Shown here: one piece after another, positions 1 through 7,267 of the stretch | How positions within the stretch are numbered: the stretch's first letter is position 1 | Layout of the letters: every line of letters starts with the position of its first letter | Origin: an uncultured archaeon | Lineage (GTDB): Archaea > Iainarchaeota > Iainarchaeia > Iainarchaeales > CSSED10-239 | Direction: 5' to 3' | Length of the DNA stretch: 32,000 nucleotides | NCBI GenBank assembly: GCA_964496765.1 | Contig: CAZCAP010000001.1 | Coordinates: 83,814-115,813 of the forward strand | The notes under the pieces: generated by a model | The model's input: only the letters and a program-made list of their open reading frames with translations | Told to the model about the DNA's origin: nothing | Database searches by the model: none | Translations under genes and position numbers: made by a program

Positions 1-549
1 ATAGATATCTGTCCCACCAATGACCACAGTATCTGTTTGATGTCCTTTTCTATAGGTTTTTGTTGCTGCTTCACCACAATTATTGCAAACAGCATCAAGA
101 TGAATCACATAATCAGAAATTGCCATTAAAAAACCAATATGATTTTTCCCATCTTTAAATGGAAATGGATCTCCAAGATAGGTTTGATTTAATCCGCTAG
201 TAAATACATTAATTCCTTGACTTGTTAATCTTTTAATAACATCAAGAATATCTGATTCAAAGAATTGAACCTCATCAATAAAAATATTTTTTAATGATTG
301 TTCTTTATTATTTGCATTAGAAAAATATGTAGAGCATATTTGATAGATCTCTTCTGATGTTTTCACAATATTTGCAGGGATTGCTCTCCCATCATGATTA
401 ACAACCTTCTCTTCTGAATATCTATGATCAATAAATGGTTTAAAGAGAAAAGATTTTCTTCTTCCAATCTCTTCTCTTGAAAATAGTCTTAGAAGTTCAG
501 TTGTTTTCCCTGAAAACATTGGTCCTGTAATTGTAGTGAGCTTACCCAT
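1..549 (-). CDS. tdk: Thymidine kinase (TK1 type), C-terminus cut by window edge
   Basis: Absent from the ORF track because it runs off the window. Reverse translation from ATG at 549-547 gives MGKLTTITGPMFSGKTTELLRLF (P-loop), then ...NIFIDEVQFFESDILD... and the zinc-ribbon part ...AVCNNCGEAATKTYRKG...VIGGTDIY. The frame is open to position 1. Confidence 0.9.
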   Translation of the reverse strand, partial: MGKLTTITGPMFSGKTTELLRLFSREEIGRRKSFLFKPFIDHRYSEEKVVNHDGRAIPANIVKTSEEIYQICSTYFSNANNKEQSLKNIFIDEVQFFESDILDVIKRLTSQGINVFTSGLNQTYLGDPFPFKDGKNHIGFLMAISDYVIHLDAVCNNCGEAATKTYRKGHQTDTVVIGGTDIY

Positions 550-562
550 AATTTATCATACA

Positions 563-1297
563 TTATTTAATTTTTTCAAAACTTGCTTTATCTAAAATAA
601 ATTTATACCCTGGCATTGGAACAAAACGCGTTTTAACTCCAAAATAATTATTTAAAATTTCAAGATAAACTTTTGTAGGAGGCATTTTATTTTTAATTCT
701 TAATTGCATTAAATCAAATTTTTTCTTTGTATATAATTTTTCACGTAATAATCTTTCAAATAAAATGCGTTTTTTAACCATATTATAAAATGCATAGTCA
801 TTCTTAAGTATATTAATTGCTTCTGGATTATTTTTACAATAGGACTCAATAATGTCCTTATCTGTAATTGTATGTTTATATTTTTTATATTCTTCATTAA
901 TTATTTTATTTGTTTTTTTTGTAAAAGTAAAAAAGGTTCTCCCTATGTTTTTACTTGTTTTTTTATCAATAATTAAAATTCCTTCTATATCTATATTTTT
1001 AAAAAACAGTTTATCTACATGCCCAGCAATATCTCCAACAGATGGAAGAGCAGGTTTATCATTGAACCTACGGCTAATATGAGAATGATAGGCCCTATCT
1101 TGAAGTTTGCCTAAGTTTAAACTTACGGTCCTTTTATTTCTAATCTTACTTATTTCTTCTAATTCAGAAAATGGAGCATTTTTCTTTGTAAAAATAGCTT
1201 CTTTTTTAGTTATGTTAGGAGTAGATTCAACAATTTCTTTTGAAGTTCTATATCCAATTGGCTTAACATATTTACTTAGTTTTTTTATTGGAGGCAT
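563..1297 (-). CDS. Orphan protein, member 1 of a 3-copy family with an H-S-H...LPSVGDI (JAMM/RadC-like) signature
   Basis: 244-aa ORF 13 nt upstream of tdk on the same strand. It shares three sequence blocks with ORFs 20603-21247 and 26368-27057 (see findings). I recognise no named family with confidence. Confidence 0.6.
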   Translation of the reverse strand: MPPIKKLSKYVKPIGYRTSKEIVESTPNITKKEAIFTKKNAPFSELEEISKIRNKRTVSLNLGKLQDRAYHSHISRRFNDKPALPSVGDIAGHVDKLFFKNIDIEGILIIDKKTSKNIGRTFFTFTKKTNKIINEEYKKYKHTITDKDIIESYCKNNPEAINILKNDYAFYNMVKKRILFERLLREKLYTKKKFDLMQLRIKNKMPPTKVYLEILNNYFGVKTRFVPMPGYKFILDKASFEKIK

Positions 1298-1360
1298 AAT
1301 ATCAAATAAAATTAAGAACCAGATATTTTAAAAATAGATTTCTTTTAAATTGTAAATAAA

Positions 1361-1645
1361 AGAGGCTAGTGGTCTGCTATAAGCCGCTTTCTGTACTAAA
1401 TTGGCAATCTGTCTTATGCGGAGGTAAATTTCTCCTTGCACCACACTCTTTCTGATAAATTTTTCAGCAATTCTTGTTTCTCCTCAGTGATTACACATCA
1501 CAGGATAACAGAAACAAGCTGTCCTTTTTCTGTTCAGAAAGCATCCTTTGCAGGATGTTTGTCTTTTTATTAAGGGTGAGCGGACTTTCCTTGTCTGTTA
1601 AACCCAAAGGCTTAACAAGCATGCCAAAACACAAACCACTAACAT
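1361..1645 (-). ncRNA. rnpB: RNase P RNA (archaeal type)
   Basis: Reverse strand. The P1 helix GUUAGUGGUUUG (1632-1643) pairs at all 12 positions, including G-U pairs, with CAGACCACUAGC (1365-1376). CR-I is ACAAGGAAAGUCCGCUC and CR-V is ACAGAAAGCGGCUUAUAG; together they can form P4 with the usual bulged U. There is a P3-like hairpin UUGUUAAGCCUUUGGGUUUAACAG, a TATA box about 26 nt upstream and an oligo-U run after the 3' end. It forms a GC-rich island in AT-rich DNA. Confidence 0.85.
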
Positions 1646-1665
1646 ATATATTAAGAGAAAAAGTA

Positions 1666-1673
1666 TATTTAAA
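1666..1673 (-). promoter_or_regulatory. TATA box (TTTAAATA) for RNase P RNA
   Basis: The reverse strand reads TTTAAATA, centred about 26 nt upstream of the first P1 nucleotide at 1643. Confidence 0.55.
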
Positions 1674-1720
1674 GATATTGATTGGAGGACAGTAAGTACT
1701 GTCCAACAAATATAACAATA

Positions 1721-2413
1721 TCACTTATTCCTAATTACTTCATTCACAGCTGAATAAAATCCACCCATAATTACATAAACAATAAATAACAAAATAATTG
1801 CACCAATATAGTACATTATATTTGCATTTATTCCCAATAATTGTAGGATTCCTAATAATATAGCAACGCCTAATAAATACATTACAAAGTAACCTATTAA
1901 AAAAAGCATTGAAACTAAAAAGTTTTTTGTCCAAATAGTCTTTAGATTAGATCTGAATGCAAAGAAGTTTTCGAATTTCTTATTTTGGAAATATTTAACA
2001 AATCCAACTAGTTTAATCAACTCTACAATTCCAGCAATAACCATGAATATTGCCATAATTATTGAAACAACTAGTATTAAGGCTGGATTTATTGTTGGAC
2101 TTAGTGTAATTAAATAATAGGGAATAAAACCAATTAAAACAATTATTCCTTCAATTATAAAAAATATAATTGATACAAGAATAAACATTCCAGAAAACTT
2201 AAGTATGTTTCCCCAGGTTTTATTATTATATTTATTTAATTTTCCTGTATTAAGTAAACTTGCAAGGAAACCAGTACCTAGAATCAAGATAAGTGCTGCA
2301 GAGATTATTAAAGTAACCTCACTAATTAATGCAAAAAGCATAAGAGCAAAAATAATCCATAAAAATTTGATATTAATATATGGGAAACCAAGTGTTTTTC
2401 TTAAATCAAACAT
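1721..2413 (-). CDS. Polytopic membrane protein, unknown function
   Basis: 230-aa ORF made almost entirely of long hydrophobic segments (about 6 predicted by eye). No recognisable motif. Confidence 0.65.
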   Translation of the reverse strand: MFDLRKTLGFPYINIKFLWIIFALMLFALISEVTLIISAALILILGTGFLASLLNTGKLNKYNNKTWGNILKFSGMFILVSIIFFIIEGIIVLIGFIPYYLITLSPTINPALILVVSIIMAIFMVIAGIVELIKLVGFVKYFQNKKFENFFAFRSNLKTIWTKNFLVSMLFLIGYFVMYLLGVAILLGILQLLGINANIMYYIGAIILLFIVYVIMGGFYSAVNEVIRNK

Positions 2414-2496
2414 ATCTTTTCATTTCTCCTAAATATTTTTTAAATTAGTAAATTCTTTTATTGATTGAAAGTAAAATACGTTGCTTGAAATTTAAG

Positions 2497-2569
2497 TGGA
2501 CTCTGCGAGACTCGAACTCGCGGCCTCGTCCTTGCAAGGGACGCGATCTACCAACTGATCTAAGAGCCC
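2497..2569 (-). tRNA. tRNA-Ala (anticodon UGC)
   Basis: The reverse strand reads GGGCTCTTAGATCAGTTGGTAGATCGCGTCCCTTGCAAGGACGAGGCCGCGAGTTCGAGTCTCGCAGAGTCCA. The acceptor stem has the G3:U70 alanine identity pair, the anticodon loop is CTTGCAA and the T-arm is GCGAGTTCGAGTCTCGC. No CCA is encoded. Confidence 0.95.
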
Positions 2570-2672
2570 AATATATAATTTATTGTTGATTTTCTTACTA
2601 TATACTAATATAATTATGCTTAAATATATTTATAAATACATCTTATACTAAATAATTTTTTAAAAATCAAAT

Positions 2673-3488
2673 TTAAGGAAATACTAGTTTCCAGCTTAAA
2701 CAATTAAATAAAGGTAAAATAAAGATTAATAATAAAAGAATTAATAAAGACAGGATTAAGTAAAAAATGATTTGTTTAACCTTTATTTTCTTTTGCTTAT
2801 TTGTTCTTTTAAATGCTTTTCCTAATCTAAAAAAGAGTATTGGAATCAAAAAAGATTGAATAACATAAAAAGTACACCAAATTGATGGAGAGGCTGTGCA
2901 AACATTCACAGAGAAAAGAAAATAACCAACAAAAACATAAATTGCACTAAGAATGAAAGAAATATCTGCAATAGTTAATAAATAAATTAATATTGTATGC
3001 TTTGATTTATCATCTTTAATCTCAGAATTTATTTTGAAAGCACAAATATGCCAATAAATAAAAAAGAACAACCAAACTATTGCCCACAAACCAGCAGAAC
3101 TATGTTGCAAATAAAAGCTTGTTGATCCAAAAGTTAGTGGAGAAAAAATTATTTGCAAGGAAACAAGAAAAATAGGAATAATAGCTATCCAACTATATAT
3201 TTTTGTATTTGATAAGATTTCAAGTGATCTAAGAAAGAAATATACAGCACAAATTGAAATTATTAAACCAATTTTGTAGATTATTGTATTATTTGTTAAT
3301 AAAGATAAAAATTCAAAAAATTGATGCAATCCAATACATAAAAATATAGCCATTGAAGAATATAAAAATGGTAGTAACCATTTTTTTTCTGAATTTTCAT
3401 ATTTATTTTTATAATAGAAAAAATAAATTACAGCAGATATTAGAATAATTAAAGATGTGGCTAACTGCACTCCAAGACTATAACACAT
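2673..3488 (-). CDS. Polytopic membrane protein, unknown function, lying between 16S rRNA and tRNA-Ala
   Basis: 271-aa ORF with about 8 hydrophobic segments and a basic loop (KRTNKQKKIKVK). An AT-rich region containing TTTATAAAT lies upstream at about 3508-3520. Confidence 0.65.
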   Translation of the reverse strand: MCYSLGVQLATSLIILISAVIYFFYYKNKYENSEKKWLLPFLYSSMAIFLCIGLHQFFEFLSLLTNNTIIYKIGLIISICAVYFFLRSLEILSNTKIYSWIAIIPIFLVSLQIIFSPLTFGSTSFYLQHSSAGLWAIVWLFFFIYWHICAFKINSEIKDDKSKHTILIYLLTIADISFILSAIYVFVGYFLFSVNVCTASPSIWCTFYVIQSFLIPILFFRLGKAFKRTNKQKKIKVKQIIFYLILSLLILLLLIFILPLFNCLSWKLVFP

Positions 3489-3708
3489 AAGTTAATTAAT
3501 GTAATATAAATTTATAAATAGATATTGTTTAATTGAAAATAATCTACTCTGATAATAGGATAGAAAATAATAATTATCAGAACTTAGAATTAAATTGAAA
3601 ATCGAAGTTAAGATCTTGTATGTGGAGAAAACTTTCTTTACATTTTTTCTTTGAAATAGACATTTGAGTCATCTCAAAATCAATTTATATTTTGTATATA
3701 AATTATTT

Positions 3709-5206
3709 AGGAGGTGATCCGTCCGCAGGTTCCCCTACGGACACCTTGTTACAACTTAGTCTGTCTCGCGGGATATAGAATTACTTCGACCTCTAAAGAT
3801 TGAAGTTCATCCACACTCCACTCAACTGGCTTGATGGGCGGTGTGTGCAAGGCGCAGGGACATATTCACCGCGCGATAGTGACACGCGATTACTGGGGAT
3901 TCCAGCTTCATGAGGGTGAGTTGCAACCCTCAATCCGGACTTGGATTACGTTTCTGTGATTGCCACCCCCTTTCGGGTTAGAGACACATTGTCGTAACCA
4001 TTGTATGCCGCGTGTTGCCCAGGACATTAGCGCTATACAGACCTACCTTCGCCCATTCCTTCCTCATTGTTACCAATGCAGTCTTATTAGAGTGCCTCTC
4101 CATCATAAAGAAAGAAAGTAGCAACTAATAATATGGGTCTCGCCCGTTACCTGAGTTAACAGGAAGCTTCGCAGTACGAGCTGACGATGGCCATACAGCA
4201 GCTTTCAGCGTATCAGGTAAACCCTTCAGATTGACCGTCATCTGGCTGTCAGCCCTGGTGAGATATCTGGCGTTTCATCCAATTAAACCGCAGCATCCAC
4301 CCCTTGTAGTGCACCCCCGCCAATTCCATTAAGTTTCAGTCTTGCGACCATACTTCCCAGGTGGTGGATTTAATGATTTCTCTTCGGCCCTGAGTTAACT
4401 CGTAGTTAACCCAACACCTAATCCACATCGTTTACAGCTGGGACTAACCGGGTATCTAATCCGGGTTGCGCCCCCAGCTTTCGTGTCTCATTGTCAGATT
4501 AGTTCTCGTTTGGCGCCTTCGCCACAGGTGGTCCTCCTAGTATCTTAAGATTCTACTCCTACTCTAGGAATACCCCAAACGTCTCCCTATCTCTAGTTCT
4601 GTCAGTATCTTTTGCAATTCAACTGATTAAGTCAGCTGCTTTCACAAAAGACTTAACAAACCAACTACACACGCTTTAAACCAAATAATGCTGGATACCA
4701 CTCGGGGATTACGTATTACCGCGGCGGCTGGCACGCATATTGCCCCCCCCTTATTCGTATTGTTATCGACACAATACAAAAGCTTACGAATGTAAGCACT
4801 TGGAATTCCTTTATCACGGTTTCCCGCATTGTAAAATTTTCGTAACTGCTGCACCCCGTAGGGCTAGGAACATTATCTCAGTTTCCTTCTCCGGGCTCCC
4901 TCTCTCAAGGCCCGTACAGATCTTCGGCTTGGTAGGCAATTACCCTGCCAACTACCTAATCTGACGCAGTCCCATCTTTTCGCACTTAAATCTACATGAC
5001 AACTTAAGCCTTTGAAAAATCAATCATTCCAGATTTGATTTTCTATAGAGCATTATCCTTAGTTTCCCAAGTTTTACTCTTCAAAAAGGTAGGTTGACTA
5101 CGCGTTACTGAGCCGTTCGCCAAAGTTCATCATGGTTAGAACTTTTAGACTTGCATGTCTTAGTCGAATTCCAATAGCAGTACCCACCAGCAGGATCAGC
5201 TGGAAT
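3709..5206 (-). rRNA. rrs: 16S (SSU) rRNA, archaeal
   Basis: Reverse strand. The 5' end reads ATTCCAGCTGATCCTGCTGGTGGGTACTGCTATTGGAATTCGACTAAG. Internal conserved blocks are GTGCCAGCCGCCGCGGTAATAC and GAAACTTAATGGAATTGGCGGGGGTGCAC. The 3' end reads AAGTTGTAACAAGGTGTCCGTAGGGGAACCTGCGGACGGATCACCTCCT. Length is about 1.5 kb, so there is no room for a large intron. Confidence 0.97.
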
Positions 5207-5432
5207 TGGTATTAATTATTATGCACACAAAGATATTTTGTAAATTTGCACAAATTGCTTTTGTTTAGCTATTTGTTTCGTCTTCTCCCAACATCAGACT
5301 CAAAAAAATTTGAGACCTCATCATTATACAAGATCCACAGTTTTACCTAAAATAGATTTAGATAAAAAAGAAACTTGATATTACCTCATTTGAAAAATTC
5401 AAACGCGGTAATATAATAATGGAGTAGAAATG

Positions 5433-5440
5433 TTTATAAA
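5433..5440 (-). promoter_or_regulatory. Candidate TATA box (TTTATAAA) for the 16S rRNA transcript
   Basis: It lies in the 286-bp spacer upstream of the 16S 5' end, after the stop of the preceding gene. It would imply a leader of about 200 nt. Other AT-rich candidates exist in the spacer, for example at 5411-5420. Confidence 0.35.
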
Positions 5441-5492
5441 GGTATATGTCGTTTTCCTCAGAAAAAGAAAGATTTCGGGTAGACCTATAACC

Positions 5493-5972
5493 TTATTTAG
5501 TTAATTTTTCAAGAAATCTTATTTTTTTAAGATATTTCTTATTTCCTCTTAATAAGTATATATACCTATACATTTTAAGAAGCATTCCTAATTTAACAAC
5601 AATTACCTTATTTTTTTTGTATATTATTGTTTCTCTAAGCCTATAATCTTCAAGAACAGATAAAGCAAGCTTATCATAGGATCCTTTCTTGAAAGCCATT
5701 ATATCTATTTCTGTTCCAAACAATTGAAAATCAAATCTTCCACCAGTGTCTGATTTATAATCCTTTGAATTAAATGTAACTTCTTTTATCTTAGAAAGAA
5801 CATTATCTATCTTCCTTAAATCTTTATAAAAAATAAATATATCAATGTCATTTGCTATTTTTCTAAGCCCTCTTATCTTTAGAGACAAAGATCCAAACAC
5901 AAAATAAGTTATTTTTTCTTTGTTAAATAAATCAATTATAAAAAATAGAGCTTTATTAAAATTTTTCTTCAT
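5493..5972 (-). CDS. Nucleotidyltransferase-fold protein (minimal NTase/MNT-like)
   Basis: 159 aa. The N-terminal FVFGSLSLKIRGLRKIANDIDIFI fits the G-S...D-x-D pol-beta superfamily NTase signature. Confidence 0.55.
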   Translation of the reverse strand: MKKNFNKALFFIIDLFNKEKITYFVFGSLSLKIRGLRKIANDIDIFIFYKDLRKIDNVLSKIKEVTFNSKDYKSDTGGRFDFQLFGTEIDIMAFKKGSYDKLALSVLEDYRLRETIIYKKNKVIVVKLGMLLKMYRYIYLLRGNKKYLKKIRFLEKLTK

Positions 5973-5980
5973 TGATTATC

Positions 5981-6448
5981 CTAATTTTTTTTATTTTTAG
6001 ATAGTATTTCTTTTGCAATTTTTTGTCTTTTCTTAATATCCATTTTAGGCCCAACTAATGTAGTTATATATCCAGGATATTTTTCAAAATAAATATTACC
6101 TGACAACTCTCCAAACTTGGAATCATCAATTTTGGGCATAGGGTATAATTTAGTATGAATGTGATTTACTCCTTGCCCTTCAAAAACCATTGCAACCCTC
6201 TTAACCCCTAATCCTTTTTCAAGAATCTTTGCAACCTTCTTTGAAATTAATAGTAACTTTGTATATACGCTAGGAGATAAATCAAAAACATAAGAACCAT
6301 AATGTTCTTTTGTTAATACAAGAGTTGCACCTTTTATATTTGGGTGGGCATCTAAAATAGCAATAAAAATTTTATCTTCATATATGATTGCAGCTTCAAG
6401 TTCCTTCTTTGCAATCTTACAAAACACACAATCAGATTTTTGCTTCAT
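5981..6448 (-). CDS. HIT-family protein with a variant triad (H-I-H-T-K)
   Basis: 155 aa. The N-terminal CVFCKI and the block GQGVNHIHTKLYP align with the canonical paralog's QSVFHLHFHIIP (9753-10154). The third His is replaced by Lys. Confidence 0.75.
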   Translation of the reverse strand: MKQKSDCVFCKIAKKELEAAIIYEDKIFIAILDAHPNIKGATLVLTKEHYGSYVFDLSPSVYTKLLLISKKVAKILEKGLGVKRVAMVFEGQGVNHIHTKLYPMPKIDDSKFGELSGNIYFEKYPGYITTLVGPKMDIKKRQKIAKEILSKNKKN

Positions 6449-6538
6449 AATTGTCCAATAAATATAACACTAACCTTAATAATAAATAGTTTTTTAAAAA
6501 AAAGGAAAAATAAAAAAAGAAAAGTGCTTCATTTAAAT

Positions 6539-6670
6539 TTATGAAGCAGCTTTCTTTCTTAAGTATCTTCTCTCTCTCTTCTTCTCTCTCATCTTCTTCT
6601 TCTTCCATTTCCATCTTTCTCTGGATCTGGTTTTCTTAAACCTACTAGAATCTTTTTTTCTCGTACCCAT
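6539..6670 (-). CDS. rpl41e: Ribosomal protein eL41-like small basic protein (43 aa)
   Basis: Not in the ORF track (under 60 aa). Reverse translation from ATG at 6670 gives MGTRKKDSSRFKKTRSRERWKWKKKKMREKKRERRYLRKKAAS, with the stop at 6539-6541. The RWKWKKKKMR.KKRERR core matches my recollection of eL41 (KWRKKRMRRLKRKRRKMR). The track's acidic ORF 6432-6614 is the wrong frame of the same DNA. Confidence 0.6.
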   Translation of the reverse strand: MGTRKKDSSRFKKTRSRERWKWKKKKMREKKRERRYLRKKAAS

Positions 6671-6800
6671 TTTTTTCACTTCACATTTTATTAATCATTA
6701 TTTATTTTTGGGAATAGAATACTTTTCTTTGTTTCAGAATAACTTATTGTTTCTTCTTCCCTTTTCATGGTTTATTTTTTTATTTTAAACCATTGTACAT

Positions 6801-6835
6801 CAACCATCGCCTGTTAATCTGGCGTGCAATTGAGG
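6801..6835 (+). repeat. GC-rich ~35-nt element, copy A, abutting the tRNA-Glu 3' end
   Basis: CAACCATCGCCTGTTAATCTGGCGTGCAATTGAGG contains the hairpin CGCC-N9-GGCG. It resembles the reverse complement of 27591-27622. Confidence 0.5.
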
Positions 6836-6838
6836 CTA

Positions 6839-6912
6839 TGCCCCGAATGGGATTCGGACCCATGTTGTCGGCTTGAAAGGCCAAAGTGATTACCGGGCTA
6901 CACTATCGGGGC
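6839..6912 (-). tRNA. tRNA-Glu (anticodon UUC)
   Basis: The reverse strand reads GCCCCGATAGTGTAGCCCGGTAATCACTTTGGCCTTTCAAGCCGACAACATGGGTCCGAATCCCATTCGGGGCA. The acceptor stem is GCCCCGA/TCGGGGC, the anticodon loop is CTTTCAA and the T-stem is ATGGG/CCCAT. Confidence 0.9.
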
Positions 6913-7086
6913 ATATATTAACAGCTCTAGATGTAAAATAATAATAAATTACAAAAACAGCCTAATATAATTAAAGAAGCGATTTATTTATATATTATTT
7001 GTTTTCTATAATATTAAAGGTAATCTAATTATATTTTAAGAAAGTATTAATTTTAACCTAAAACCATGGAGTATGAGTGAAAATTT

Positions 7087-7239
7087 ATGGAAACATTAGC
7101 AAAAGAAAGAAGATTAAAAAATATGTGGGTTTGCATGGCCTGTAATGGAGTATCACGTGCAAAGCTAAAACCTACTTTTTGTAAAAGATGTGGCTCCATT
7201 AGAATGAGAGCAAAGAAGAAAGGAAAGAGAACAAAGTAA
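7087..7239 (+). CDS. rpl40e: Ribosomal protein eL40 (50 aa zinc ribbon)
   Basis: Not in the ORF track. The translation is METLAKERRLKNMWVCMACNGVSRAKLKPTFCKRCGSIRMRAKKKGKRTK. The C-x2-C...C-x2-C-G...R pattern is typical of archaeal L40e. Confidence 0.85.
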   Translation: METLAKERRLKNMWVCMACNGVSRAKLKPTFCKRCGSIRMRAKKKGKRTK

Positions 7240-7267
7240 ATTTAACTTTGTTTTTTTATTTTTTATT

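Noticed and set aside
1474-1724. Track ORFs 1474-1695 (+) and 1491-1724 (-)
   Set aside because: Both lie inside or across the RNase P RNA gene, which has CR-I/CR-V motifs and a perfect P1 helix. Their translations are low-complexity and there are no RBS or start-context features. They are spurious.
3548-3581. 9-bp inverted repeat TCTGATAAT...ATTATCAGA downstream of 16S
   Set aside because: It is AT-rich, short and common by chance in this composition. It might contribute to 16S 3' end formation, but there is no supporting feature.
4642-4964. Track ORFs 4642-4854 (-) and 4740-4964 (+)
   Set aside because: They are entirely within the 16S rRNA gene. Open frames are expected by chance in GC-richer rRNA sequence.
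5290-5325. C/D-box-like motif in the 16S leader (minus strand AUGAUGA...20 nt...CUGA)
   Set aside because: The boxes are only about 20 nt apart, there are no C'/D' boxes or guide-length spacers, and there is no terminal stem. My rough composition estimate suggests a few such UGAUGA/CUGA pairs occur by chance in 32 kb.
6432-6614. Acidic ORF MEMEEEEDEREEERE... on the minus strand
   Set aside because: It is a different frame of the same purine-rich DNA that encodes the eL41-like basic protein (6539-6670), and it overlaps the HIT gene start. The basic frame has a recognisable ribosomal-protein pattern.
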